Source: Nanobdellota archaeon
Lineage (GTDB): Archaea; Nanobdellota; Nanobdellia; Woesearchaeales; GW2011-AR4
Direction: 5' to 3'
Assembly: GCA_038046385.1 (NCBI GenBank)
Contig: JBBSWH010000001.1
Span: forward strand, 32,001-96,000
Length of the DNA stretch: 64,000 bases
Below are positions 1 through 9,742 of the stretch, piece by piece. The notes beneath the pieces were generated by a model. It was not told the DNA's origin. It ran no database searches and saw only the letters and a list, made by a program, of their open reading frames with translations. The position numbers and the translations under genes are program-made. The first letter of the stretch is position 1, and every line of letters starts with the position of its first letter.

Positions 1-16
1 TTTGTATTGCGTTAAA

Positions 17-286
17 TCAAAGAGCTTCTTCTAAGAACACCATTTGCGGCAGATTTGCATTTGCATTCTCTTCGATTGCCTTTGCATGGACTTTGTCTAT
101 GAACTGCCTTGCCCTTTTTAAGTCATCTGAATATAAAAGAAACCAGACTTCATCTTTGTCATCGACATTTTGCCACAATCTTTGCAGCCTTAAACCGGCG
201 TTAGCATGCACTTGTTCGTCTGCTTTTAGAACTTTTTTAACATTCTCTAACTTTGCTCCCTTTATCCTTGCGAGTATGTGTGACAT
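17..286 (-). CDS. hypothetical protein, small alpha/beta
   Basis: 89-aa ATG ORF with plausible composition. Confidence 0.6.
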   Translation of the reverse strand: MSHILARIKGAKLENVKKVLKADEQVHANAGLRLQRLWQNVDDKDEVWFLLYSDDLKRARQFIDKVHAKAIEENANANLPQMVFLEEAL

Positions 287-344
287 AGAAAAAAATCTAA
301 GCGGGTTGTATATAAACGTATTGGATTAGAATAATTTTGCAATA

Positions 345-554
345 AGTTAGCATCGGCTCAGGCTGTTCGTGTTTTTTAGATAACATGGCATCCCCGTAAG
401 TGTCGTAAATCGCCAAAATTCATAATATATTGTTGCGATTTACGAGCATGCTCAAAAATTTACTATGTATTCGTATAATTGAAATTTTTGACAGGACTTC
501 CCCCTGCCATGTTTTAATGTATTAATAGAATGCCTTCGCAAATTGATGCTAACT
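345..554. repeat. long-hairpin intergenic element (family C) with nested family B insertion at 401-493
   Basis: AGTTAGCATC...GATGCTAACT termini; similar uninterrupted copy at 63155-63273. Confidence 0.85.
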
Positions 555-634
555 AAATCAATAAAAAGAAATAAAAAATCGAAAAAAAAGAAAAAATAAT
601 TCAAAAATCTACCTGTGATCTAAGAAAAATAAAC

Positions 635-784
635 TTAGTATCTTGGCTTCTTTTTGCTGTAGCAGTCCCTGCAGTAAACTGGGCGCCCTTCCTTTGGTGC
701 AAACGGTACTTCTGCGTCTGCGCCGCATTCTGAGCACTTTATCTTGTGCATGGTTCTGTTTTGGTCAAAACTTCCATATCTCAT
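635..784 (-). CDS. CxxC-x17-CxxC zinc-binding small protein (not in ORF track)
   Basis: MRYGSFDQNRTMHKIKCSECGADAEVPFAPKEGRPVYCRDCYSKKKPRY; GGAGG upstream. Confidence 0.85.
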   Translation of the reverse strand: MRYGSFDQNRTMHKIKCSECGADAEVPFAPKEGRPVYCRDCYSKKKPRY

Positions 785-888
785 GTTCTTCTCCTCCTAT
801 GTCTTAGTTACTCGAAGTTTACTAGAAATAGCAACTTCTATGTACTAATAGTAAGTATGAATAAATAGTATATAAAGGTATGGTTTAT

Positions 889-1188
889 TTAGAACATAGT
901 GCCGTCTCTGAAATGGCCTGCAATTTTTTCAGCAGTTCTTGCATCGTTTGCCCAAACAGTTGCAGTAGTTTGGTCCACAGCCATTTCATAGTATCTTCCT
1001 GAATATATGCCTCCAAATCTTGAGCCCAGAGAAGGTGTACCTTTAGAAGGAACCATATTTTCCACAAACGTTTCCAGCAAACTCTGTGCAGATTGGCCTT
1101 TAGGAATTTCTATAATAACATTAACATGAAAGCCTATGCTTCCTACTTCGTCTGGGATAACATCTCCATGAGTTGTTGTAAGTGCCAT
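889..1188 (-). CDS. hypothetical protein
   Basis: 99-aa ORF. Confidence 0.55.
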   Translation of the reverse strand: MALTTTHGDVIPDEVGSIGFHVNVIIEIPKGQSAQSLLETFVENMVPSKGTPSLGSRFGGIYSGRYYEMAVDQTTATVWANDARTAEKIAGHFRDGTMF

Positions 1189-1219
1189 AGTATGGTGGAA
1201 TTAATAATTATATTTAAGT

Positions 1220-2200
1220 TTATTGCTGCTTCTGCACGACTTCAACTGTTGCCCTTACACCTACAAGATAGTTCATGGAATCAACGACTGCAGCATACAT
1301 TCCGTCGCAGTAGCCGTGGTTGCATTTTGTGTCGTTTATAACAAGAAGACTTTTTGGCATCTTTGCATTTGAAAGCGTCTTTACTGTGTAATTTATCGGT
1401 ATTGATTTGTCATAAAGGTTGTGTATGAAGACAACTTTTCTTGGGGAAATTGAGCCTATATACCTGTCTGAATCAAGAGAATTCATGAAAAGATTGACTT
1501 TTGCATCTTCTCCCTCTTTGAAATTTATTCCTGCTGAACTTATCGCAAGGACGCTGTTGACATCAGGGTCTATTGCCGCGGCCATCACCGCTATCCTTCC
1601 GCCTAAACTTTCTCCTGCCATAATAATCTTGCCTGGGTCAACAAAAGGCGCGCTCTTTAACAGGTCAAATCCGCGCAGGGCATCATAGACCATAAGATAT
1701 TGAACAGGTTCCTGCCCATTTGAAAATGTTATAAAATCATCGTTTAATGAAGGAAACTCCCCATCTGTTTCCCCTACGCCTCTTTGGTCAATTGTAAGTA
1801 CAACAATCCCCAGGAATGCTATTTTCTTTGCAAGATCCAGTTCAGATTCTTTTGAAACTCCGGCTCCCGGCAATAAAACAACTCCTGGAAGAAGGCCTGA
1901 TGCTTCTTTTGGCTGGACAAGAAGCCCGTAAATATTCGTGCCTTTGCTTTTGTAAACCATCTTGCTTATCAAAAGCGCATCTGTCTCATTGTAATTCTGC
2001 CTGCTGAACAAAACATCCCCTCTTTCCTGAGTGTAGTGCAGAATTCCGCCGCTGTCTACAAACCATTCCGGCTCAGCAATAGGGGTTTGCTCAATTTTGC
2101 CGGATTTTGGCTTTACAACTACTGCATAATATGACAGCGCTGCAACTACAATGACTATTACAAGAATTGCAGAATACAAAACATTTTTTTGAACTTTCAT
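1220..2200 (-). CDS. membrane-anchored alpha/beta hydrolase (acetyl xylan esterase/DLH-like)
   Basis: N-terminal TM helix; GESLGG nucleophile elbow; D and H triad candidates. Confidence 0.8.
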   Translation of the reverse strand: MKVQKNVLYSAILVIVIVVAALSYYAVVVKPKSGKIEQTPIAEPEWFVDSGGILHYTQERGDVLFSRQNYNETDALLISKMVYKSKGTNIYGLLVQPKEASGLLPGVVLLPGAGVSKESELDLAKKIAFLGIVVLTIDQRGVGETDGEFPSLNDDFITFSNGQEPVQYLMVYDALRGFDLLKSAPFVDPGKIIMAGESLGGRIAVMAAAIDPDVNSVLAISSAGINFKEGEDAKVNLFMNSLDSDRYIGSISPRKVVFIHNLYDKSIPINYTVKTLSNAKMPKSLLVINDTKCNHGYCDGMYAAVVDSMNYLVGVRATVEVVQKQQ

Positions 2201-3417
2201 AAAATACCCACAATATTCTTCAGATTATCGTTGGTTTGTATTATTTTATAAATCTTTGCCAGTTCCATAATCTTTGCTTTCTCAATTTTTATGCCTTTTT
2301 TTGAAAGGAGCATGTTGAATTTCGTGCTTATCAGAAACTGGCAGAACTGCGTTACGTTTTTTGGATTTTGGGAATAGCGCGTTCTTTCAAAATCTATTAG
2401 GTGGGGAATGCCTTTGCTTACAATCACGTGCTTTACAGGATGATGCATCTCCTCCTTGTCAACTTTTATTTTATCCAGCTTATGCATCTGCATGAAAACA
2501 TTCTTCAGCATTTTTTTTATATTATTCTTTGAAGATTTTTCAACATAATCAATTATAAAATCGCCGCCTATATATTCATAAAAGAAAAATTCATTGCACG
2601 AATACAATAATTTTGGGCCTATATTTATTTTATTTAGTCTTTTTAGCCAGTTGATTTCATTTTCTATCCTTCCAAATGCATGGCTTTCAGGGTTTTTTGC
2701 CTTTATTACAATTTCTTTTTTCTTGTATTTTGCCCTGAACAACAAGCCCCTGTGGCCTTTTGCGAAATATCTTATGTTTTTAATTCCAATACTTTCAAAT
2801 TTTTTCAGCATTTCGCTTTTTTTTATTTTGTATACAAACAAATCCTCAAAGAATATGTGCATTTTTTCCAGCTCTTCAAATTCAAGGAGATTGTTTTTTA
2901 TGAACTCGTTGACTTTTTTCTTGTTTGTTAATGACGAGAAAACCATTAAGATTAACCCATCAGCGTTTAGATAATTATTGACGCCTTCAAGAAATTCTTC
3001 AATGACTTCATACCCTTTTTTTCCGCCTTCAAGCTCTTTGTTGCGTATTTTCAGTTCCTGCGGCAGGTAAGGCGGGTTGAAAATTATTGTGTCGAAAACC
3101 TTCGGTTTTCGAGCATGCTCAGAAATCGCTTTGCGATTTACTGACATGTCAAATGTTCCTTTTATATTTTTGAACAAATCAGAATGGACAAACTTTATTT
3201 TTTTATTAGTTATATTTTTTTTGCAGTAGTTTATCACGCCTTTCTGCACGTCTACTGCCAGGACAGAATCAACTCTGCTGCTTTGCGCTGCTGCAATCGC
3301 CTGTATGCCGGAGCCGGTTCCAACATCGAGAACTTTTCCTTTTGCAAGAAGCCTTACGTGTTTTTCCAGCATTGTGGAATCTTCCTGCGGGTCATATCCT
3401 GATTTGCATGCTGGCAT
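2197..3417 (-). CDS. HemK/PrmC-like SAM methyltransferase fused to a RIO/Ser-Thr kinase-like domain; contains a 57-bp in-frame palindromic insertion
   Basis: LDVGTGSG and NPPY motifs; C-terminal AKGHRG...IVIK...IDFE. Confidence 0.8.
   Translation of the reverse strand: MPACKSGYDPQEDSTMLEKHVRLLAKGKVLDVGTGSGIQAIAAAQSSRVDSVLAVDVQKGVINYCKKNITNKKIKFVHSDLFKNIKGTFDMSVNRKAISEHARKPKVFDTIIFNPPYLPQELKIRNKELEGGKKGYEVIEEFLEGVNNYLNADGLILMVFSSLTNKKKVNEFIKNNLLEFEELEKMHIFFEDLFVYKIKKSEMLKKFESIGIKNIRYFAKGHRGLLFRAKYKKKEIVIKAKNPESHAFGRIENEINWLKRLNKINIGPKLLYSCNEFFFYEYIGGDFIIDYVEKSSKNNIKKMLKNVFMQMHKLDKIKVDKEEMHHPVKHVIVSKGIPHLIDFERTRYSQNPKNVTQFCQFLISTKFNMLLSKKGIKIEKAKIMELAKIYKIIQTNDNLKNIVGIL
3090..3146. mobile_element. 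family B palindromic element inserted in-frame in the methyltransferase
   Basis: TGTC-hairpin-GAGCATGCTC-hairpin-GACA; removal restores GTFDTIIFNPPY. Confidence 0.85.
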
Positions 3418-3447
3418 TTTAGTTGTCTGAAAATTTATATTTTATTA

Positions 3448-3594
3448 TGGACTCGTCGGGATTTGAACCCGAAGTCTCCGCCTTGCGAAGGCGACGTCAT
3501 CTTCCGCAACTTGTCTGTTGGCTTGAGCAAAGCGAAACCCACGCTTTTGGTCAAGCTTTTCGCAAAAGGTTGTGCCGGATTAGACCACGAGCCC
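3448..3594 (-). tRNA. tRNA-Ala(CGC) with 73-nt D-loop intron (3501-3573)
   Basis: cloverleaf forms after splicing; BHB helix TCCG/CGGA with GCA and AGA bulges. Confidence 0.9.
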
Positions 3595-3749
3595 ATATAC
3601 AGGCCAGAATCAAAGTTTATTTTTAATATTATCGCAAATTGCAGTAATTAGTTTAAAAAACAAATGCAATTTGCGAGATAGACAATTACGTGTAAACATA
3701 ATTAATCAACGCAATTGTCTATATGGATTATTTTGATATAATCTTTTTT

Positions 3750-4325
3750 TTAATTTGTTTTTTTAGTTCTTTTGTATATTCCGACTAATGTGGCTTGTTC
3801 AATTATATGGCCTTCCATTGCAGTTTCAACTGTTTTTTTATCAGAATTTTTCGGAAGATCAAGCATTGCATCAAGAGCGTAAAGCTTGAAGAAGTAACGA
3901 TGTGTTGACGGCTCATACTGCGGGGGCGGGCACGGTCCTGTGTATGCGTTTTGCCCTGCGCCGTTTAATCCTGCAATTCCGATGGATTTTCCTTCTTCTA
4001 TGCCTTTTGCATCGCTTGGGATGTTAAAAAGCACCCAGTGGTCAAACATTCCGTCTGCTTTCAATGCTTTTGGAACATCGGGATCATCCATAATCAGGAC
4101 TAAAGAGATTGCTTCTTCCGGAACATCGGAAAAAACAAGCTGCGGATTTACCGGTTTAATTCCATCGCACGTATACTTTGACGGGATAAGTCCATTTTGC
4201 TGGAATTCTGTGCTTGTTATTTTCATTTTAACCACATTTTCTGTTTTTTGGACTTCTTGTTTAGCACAGCTAGCAATCAAAAGCAGCGCTAAAATCAATG
4301 ATAAAAATAATTTATTTAAGTTCAT
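3750..4325 (-). CDS. YbhB/YbcL (PEBP/Raf kinase inhibitor-like) lipoprotein
   Basis: DDPD, HWVLFNIP, YTGPCPP and HRYFFKLYALD motifs; IASC lipobox. Confidence 0.9.
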   Translation of the reverse strand: MNLNKLFLSLILALLLIASCAKQEVQKTENVVKMKITSTEFQQNGLIPSKYTCDGIKPVNPQLVFSDVPEEAISLVLIMDDPDVPKALKADGMFDHWVLFNIPSDAKGIEEGKSIGIAGLNGAGQNAYTGPCPPPQYEPSTHRYFFKLYALDAMLDLPKNSDKKTVETAMEGHIIEQATLVGIYKRTKKTN

Positions 4326-4335
4326 GATGATTGGA

Positions 4336-5025
4336 TTACAATTCTTTCGCCAATCCTTCTGTTGCTTTCTTTATGTCTTTTGCTTCGTAGATTGCCCGGC
4401 CTATTATTGCATGCCACCTGTCGAGTTTTTTTGCAAGATCCATTATCTTTCCGCCTTGCGCAATAAGTCCCGGAGAATAAAACACTGGCTCTTTAATCGT
4501 TTTTTCAATCAGTTTTTTGTATTGCAAGACTTTGTCCGGCTTATTGCCCGGCACTACAAATTCTGAAACGCCCATTGATGCTGCAATCTCGTAAATTCTT
4601 GCAGGCGCATTATTTTCAAGGAAACCGCCTGTTTCATTCAGATAGCCACTGTGCGTCATCTCTCCGCCTATGATGACATGCATCTTTGCATCCTGCGCTG
4701 CCTTTATCCACGCTTTTTCTGTATCAGGACCGGCTTGCGGAAATAGAATGACTGCATCAAATCCTTTGCAGGCTTCCATGAACTTTGCACCCATGTCAGG
4801 AATGTCAGTGCCTGCTTTTTGATGGTCATATATTATTGGCAGTTTTGTATGTTTTCTTATTGTTTTAATCACTTCCTTTGCTCCAAAAGGAATAACTAGC
4901 TCAAAGCCTACTTTGTATGCGCTTACTCCCTTGACTGAGCATGTTTCTTTTACGAGCTTTGAAAGATCTTCCAGACTAGATACATCACAGCTCGGTATTA
5001 TTGACTTTTTTTGTTTTAGCAGCAT
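4336..5025 (-). CDS. pyrF: orotidine 5'-phosphate decarboxylase
   Basis: YKVG, DHQKAGTDIP, SPG...QGG and GRAIY motifs. Confidence 0.8.
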   Translation of the reverse strand: MLLKQKKSIIPSCDVSSLEDLSKLVKETCSVKGVSAYKVGFELVIPFGAKEVIKTIRKHTKLPIIYDHQKAGTDIPDMGAKFMEACKGFDAVILFPQAGPDTEKAWIKAAQDAKMHVIIGGEMTHSGYLNETGGFLENNAPARIYEIAASMGVSEFVVPGNKPDKVLQYKKLIEKTIKEPVFYSPGLIAQGGKIMDLAKKLDRWHAIIGRAIYEAKDIKKATEGLAKEL

Positions 5026-5062
5026 TTTGTTTGGGTTATTTGTTGTTTAATTGATTTTATAC

Positions 5063-5971
5063 TTATTGGTTTTTATTTGTTTCGGCATATTTTTTGAAAT
5101 TGTTTAGAATAGCCTGCCATCCGCTTCTTTGCATTTCAAGCGAATTTTCGTTTTCAGCTTCAAAAGTTTCAACAATCTTGGTTTCTTTTCCAAAGCTTGT
5201 GAACTCTATTTTTACTTTTCTCCCACCTTCTATCATGTAAGTTATTAATCTGTGTTTTACAACTTTATCATAAACCCCGTTAAAATCAAATCCTGTGCTT
5301 TTGTCTTTTGCTTCCATTCTAAAAAGAAATTTTCCTCCTACTTTTAAATCATTCTTTGCAAATGGTGTGTGCCAGTCTTCTGAAGCGTTGTTCCATTTGG
5401 TTATATGTTTTGGCAACGTCCACAATTCCCAAACTTTTTCTACTGGAACATTGACTGTGGATTCAACAGTTATTTTTGTTTTTGTATTTTCCATTTTTAT
5501 CCTTTCATAATCAACAAAAGAGAATTTGTATTTGTCATTTTTTAATTCTTCCTTTTTTATTTCCTTCCATTCTTTTTTGCTGAATTCAGGAAAATGAGCG
5601 TCGCCTTCAAAATCATTGTCTATGATTGTCAGATATATCCTGTCTGCAACCGGAAGAAACTCTTTGTAAATCTGTGCGCCGCCGATGACCATTATTTCAT
5701 CTGCGCCTTTTGCAGCTTCCAATGATTCTTTTACAGAATGAACAACAATGCATCCTTCTTTTTTGTAATTTTTATCGTGCGTGATTATTATGTTTGTTCT
5801 TTGCGGAAGAGGCTTTCCGATGGATTCAAAGGTTTTCCTGCCCATGATAACTGGCTTGTTTTTTGTAAGCTCGCGGAAATGCTTCATGTCTTCCGGAACA
5901 TTCCATATCAGCCTGTTGTTATTTCCGATTACCCTGTTGCGCCCCATTGCAGCGATTAGTGATACTGTCAT
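5063..5971 (-). CDS. folA: dihydrofolate reductase fused to an SRPBCC/AHSA1 domain
   Basis: IMGRKTFESIGKPLPQR and IGGAQIY; C-terminal WHTP...GGKF...GWQAILNNFKKYAE. Confidence 0.88.
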   Translation of the reverse strand: MTVSLIAAMGRNRVIGNNNRLIWNVPEDMKHFRELTKNKPVIMGRKTFESIGKPLPQRTNIIITHDKNYKKEGCIVVHSVKESLEAAKGADEIMVIGGAQIYKEFLPVADRIYLTIIDNDFEGDAHFPEFSKKEWKEIKKEELKNDKYKFSFVDYERIKMENTKTKITVESTVNVPVEKVWELWTLPKHITKWNNASEDWHTPFAKNDLKVGGKFLFRMEAKDKSTGFDFNGVYDKVVKHRLITYMIEGGRKVKIEFTSFGKETKIVETFEAENENSLEMQRSGWQAILNNFKKYAETNKNQ

Positions 5972-5972
5972 T

Positions 5973-6827
5973 TTAAACTGCCATCGGCGCTTTTATCGCA
6001 GGATGGCTTTCATAATTTTCGAGTTTTATGTCTTCCATTTTGAAGTTATTTATGCTTTTTATTTCAGGATTCAACCAGAGCTTAGGAAGTGGGAAAGGTT
6101 TTCTTGACAATTGCTCTTTTACCTGATCAAAATGGTTATTGTAAATGTGAGCATCTCCGAGCGTGTGCACGAATTCTCCTGCTTTCAGGCCAGTTGCCTG
6201 CGCAACCATGTGGAGCAGTAATGAATATGATGCAATGTTGAACGGCACTCCAAGGAACATATCACATGAGCGCTGGTACATCTGCAATGAAAGTTTTCCG
6301 TCTGCAACAAAGAACTGGAAGAAAACGTGGCAAGGCGGAAGGGCCATCTTATCGAGCTCGCCGGCATTCCATACATTTACTATAATCCTTCTGCTTGTCG
6401 GGTCTGTTTTTATCAGGTTGATTGCGTTTGCGAGCTGGTCAACCTCTTTTCCATCGGGGCTTTTCCAGCTTCTCCATTGAACGCCGTAAACTCTTCCAAG
6501 ATCACCTGGAAATTTTGCTTTTGGCTTCCAGTAATCAGCTTCTGCGTTTGCAGTCCAGATTGTCTGCTTTGACTGGTCTCTTGTGCCGTGAAGAATTTCC
6601 GCCAATCTTCGTTCATCTCCTGACCCTTCAATAAACCACAATAATTCAGAAACAATTGCTTTCCATGCAATTTTTTTTGTCGTGACAGCCGGAAATCCGT
6701 TTTCCATATTAAACCGCATCTGCACTCCGAAAACAGCCCGTGTTCCAGTGCCTGTTCTGTCTTTTCTGTCGGTTCCGTTTTCAAGAACAAATTTTAAAGC
6801 GTCGAGGTATTGCTGCATGTTTATCAA
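5973..6827 (-). CDS. thyA: thymidylate synthase
   Basis: DRTGTGT, LPPCH and [18 protein letters not shown] motifs. Confidence 0.97.
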   Translation of the reverse strand: MINMQQYLDALKFVLENGTDRKDRTGTGTRAVFGVQMRFNMENGFPAVTTKKIAWKAIVSELLWFIEGSGDERRLAEILHGTRDQSKQTIWTANAEADYWKPKAKFPGDLGRVYGVQWRSWKSPDGKEVDQLANAINLIKTDPTSRRIIVNVWNAGELDKMALPPCHVFFQFFVADGKLSLQMYQRSCDMFLGVPFNIASYSLLLHMVAQATGLKAGEFVHTLGDAHIYNNHFDQVKEQLSRKPFPLPKLWLNPEIKSINNFKMEDIKLENYESHPAIKAPMAV

Positions 6828-6863
6828 TAATGAGCAATGCTATTCACTTTTAATAGTTTTGGA

Positions 6864-8348
6864 TTATTTTACCAAATAAACTTCAGAACTCTCTGCAACT
6901 TCCCTTGCGAACTTCAATCTTTGTTCGCTTTCAGCATATATTGTGAACAATTTGTCGTTTTTCCCAACTTTGTCGTTTACATGCTTGTAAATGTAAACAC
7001 CGGCACCCTTGTTTTGAGGTGCGCCTGCGATTCTTGCAATTCTTGTGATGTAAGAATTGCTTATCTCCTTTACAGTTCCGTTCTTGCTTGCAACAATATC
7101 ATAAGTATACTTGCCAACTGCTATTTTTTCAGGGTTAAGCTCTTTTCCTCCCTGGGCTTTTATTATCTCTTCCATTTTTTTGTAAGCCTTGCCCGAATCA
7201 AGCATTTCAACTGCTTTTTTTGCGCCGTCTTTAATTCCCATCATCTTGAAGATATTTGCGCACATTGCAACGCACTTTTTTTCCAGATCAAGCGGCCTTC
7301 TTGCGTCTCTTTTCAAAAGCCATACTACATCCTTGGCTTCAAGCGCCGGCCCTACCCCGTTGCCGATAGGCTGGCTTCCATCTGTTACCATCACTTCAAT
7401 ATGCTTCCCTAGTTTTTTGCCTATGACTTCAAACTGTTTTTTTAAGTGGAGTGCTTCTTTTTTTGTTTTTACTTTTGCGCCTTTTCCTGTTGGAATGTCA
7501 ATCAAAATATGCGTGCTTGAGACAGAATGCTTCTTTGCCATTATTGACGCAAGCAATTGACTCTCTGCATCAATTTCCAATGGCTTTTCAACGGCTATTA
7601 TTTTGTCGTCAGCAGGCGCCAAGTTCAAAGAGCCGCCCCAGACAATGCAGCCCTTTACCTTCAGAACTATTTTTTTCATTTTTTCTATCGGGAAAGTTAC
7701 ATTTGCAAGAACTTCCATGGTGTCTGCTGTTCCTGCCGGGCTTGTTATTGAACGGGAGCTTGTTTTTGGTATATAGAAACCCGCCGCTGCAATTATCGGA
7801 ACAATAACCATTGTCGTTCTGTTGCCAGGAATTCCGCCGATGCAGTGCTTGTCAACTACAGGGTATTTTCCTATTTTCAAAACCTCTCCGTGCTCCACCA
7901 TGGATTTTGTAAGAAGTATTGTCTCTTTTGGCGTCATGACATTTGTGTAGCACGCTGCGACAAAATATGTTAGTTCAATGGAGCTTAATTTGTTGTGCAC
8001 AATATCCCAAACAATCTGGTCTATTTCTTTTTTTGACAGAATTCCTCCGTCTAACTTTTTTCTTATGAACTCTATTGAAAGCGGCTTTTTTGCTATCTTG
8101 ATTTCAACATGGTCGTTGTTTTTTATCTTTAACGACTTCATAACTTCGTCAAAAAGGCCTACGCAGCCCTGTTTTATCACCTTGCTGTTTTGCGCTATGT
8201 CAACAACAACAGTTTCTATTTTATTGCCTTTGATTATTTTTACCCTGTCCATCAAATGCAAATCGAGAAGTTCAGCATCGTGCTTATTGAAGACTGCAAC
8301 AAGCGTCACTCCGCTTGAAATGTCCATATCTTTTACTTTTAGCTTCAT
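6864..8348 (-). CDS. AMP phosphorylase (thymidine phosphorylase family)
   Basis: DKHCIGGIPGNR and KTSSRSITSPAGTAD motifs; N-terminal double-psi extension. Confidence 0.92.
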   Translation of the reverse strand: MKLKVKDMDISSGVTLVAVFNKHDAELLDLHLMDRVKIIKGNKIETVVVDIAQNSKVIKQGCVGLFDEVMKSLKIKNNDHVEIKIAKKPLSIEFIRKKLDGGILSKKEIDQIVWDIVHNKLSSIELTYFVAACYTNVMTPKETILLTKSMVEHGEVLKIGKYPVVDKHCIGGIPGNRTTMVIVPIIAAAGFYIPKTSSRSITSPAGTADTMEVLANVTFPIEKMKKIVLKVKGCIVWGGSLNLAPADDKIIAVEKPLEIDAESQLLASIMAKKHSVSSTHILIDIPTGKGAKVKTKKEALHLKKQFEVIGKKLGKHIEVMVTDGSQPIGNGVGPALEAKDVVWLLKRDARRPLDLEKKCVAMCANIFKMMGIKDGAKKAVEMLDSGKAYKKMEEIIKAQGGKELNPEKIAVGKYTYDIVASKNGTVKEISNSYITRIARIAGAPQNKGAGVYIYKHVNDKVGKNDKLFTIYAESEQRLKFAREVAESSEVYLVK

Positions 8349-8388
8349 GTTGTAAACTCCCGGATAGGTTATTTATTAATTCTTTGAT

Positions 8389-9471
8389 TTAGAAATATTC
8401 CTTCAATTCTGTTTTTTCATCTTCGTATATCTCGACAAAGGTCATGAGCAGCGAGAGAATCACAGGACCCAACAAAAGACCGAGGATGCCAAAAAGGTTT
8501 AACCCACCAAGCACGCCGATAAGCACGAGGATAGGGTGGACATCTGCTTTTGTGCCTATAATCTTTGGCTTTATTATGTTGTCAATGCTGCTTATGATTA
8601 TAATTCCATAAACTAGCAGGAGAACTCCTTTTATTATCGGCGTGTTGTCGTTTTGCAAATATCCAGTAAATATAAGGTTAAGTGCGGCAGGAAGCCATAT
8701 AATTGCAGTTCCGAAATAAGGAATCAAGGCAAAGATAATCATGACAAATCCCCACAAGATGGGGGAGTGAACCCCTAGCAAAAAGAAACCTATTCCGCCA
8801 AGAATGCCCTGTATGACTGCAACAAAGATGTTGACGTAAAACACAGCATAGGTTATATTATGAAATCTTTCAAAAACATTCTGCTTGTGATGGCCTTTTA
8901 ACGGGAGTATACTCTTTATCCTTTTTGATATTGCTTCCCCGTCCTTGAGAAGATAATAAACAACAAACATCATGACAAAAATATTGAGCATTATTGCCGG
9001 TATAGACGATATGAACTGCGAGAAGCTGTCAAGTATGAAAACCGTTATTTTTCTTATTGAAGACTGCACGTAATAATCAAGGTCATTCTGCGGAAGAAAA
9101 CCTACAACTGTTTTTATGTTTTGGCATGACCATGAATCCTGATCGCTGCACACCACATTGATGAAGTTTGTCCCAAGCTTTTGCTGGTTTAATGTTTTGT
9201 ATGTTGCGTAAGCTTCTTTGGATACTAGGCCAAAAACAACTATGAACGGGACGGTAATCAAAAGGACTAACAGGAATGCAATAAGACCTGCCGTAATCAC
9301 TTTATTTTTTATCTGGACCAACATTTTTTGGTATACTGGGTAGGCAAGGTATGCAAGCATTGCCCCGGATGCAAAAGTTGCAAGGAACGGCTTTGTTATG
9401 AAGAATGCAAGCGCAATTATTGCGAGGAATAAAAGCGAGAAAAATATTTTAGGATACAGATTAGACTTGAT
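8389..9471 (-). CDS. AI-2E family transporter (start likely a non-canonical ATC at 9471)
   Basis: DNIIKPK...HPILVLIGVLGG...GPVI motif; frame open 37 codons upstream of the ATG, with a GGTGA RBS. Confidence 0.85.
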   Translation of the reverse strand: MKSNLYPKIFFSLLFLAIIALAFFITKPFLATFASGAMLAYLAYPVYQKMLVQIKNKVITAGLIAFLLVLLITVPFIVVFGLVSKEAYATYKTLNQQKLGTNFINVVCSDQDSWSCQNIKTVVGFLPQNDLDYYVQSSIRKITVFILDSFSQFISSIPAIMLNIFVMMFVVYYLLKDGEAISKRIKSILPLKGHHKQNVFERFHNITYAVFYVNIFVAVIQGILGGIGFFLLGVHSPILWGFVMIIFALIPYFGTAIIWLPAALNLIFTGYLQNDNTPIIKGVLLLVYGIIIISSIDNIIKPKIIGTKADVHPILVLIGVLGGLNLFGILGLLLGPVILSLLMTFVEIYEDEKTELKEYF

Positions 9472-9520
9472 TGTTTCACCCTTTTTATTGCTTTAATGGA
9501 TACAAATTAAGTTTTTAATT

Positions 9521-9598
9521 CTGTTCGCTTCGCTCACAATAGTTAGTGCTCGGGTTTCGCTCGATGCCAGTCGCTCAACCCTCGCTTATTTATTATAA
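9521..9598. repeat. GCTTCGC mini-hairpin intergenic repeat (family D)
   Basis: similar to 25538-25594 and 27844-27922. Confidence 0.6.
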
Positions 9599-9619
9599 TG
9601 CTCAATTAACAAATGATTA

Positions 9620-9742
9620 ATGATAATGAATGGGCCTGACAGATGTGAACCAACCCTTTTGTGAGTTGACGACAAATATCATGTGCCATTTTTAATGGCA
9701 CGACCCGAATATGATAATGAATGGGCCTGACCAGATTTGAAC
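9620..9742. mobile_element. family A mini-element with duplication of the tRNA-Val 3' end
   Basis: ATGATAATGAATGGGCCTGAC at 9620 and 9711, flanking a 60-bp CAAC..GTTGAC..GTGC-hairpin insert. Confidence 0.8.

Noticed and set aside
3423-3651. ORFs over tRNA-Ala; likewise 28161-28346, 47364-47634 and the 5' extension of 11577-12344
   Set aside because: They overlap intron-containing tRNA genes.
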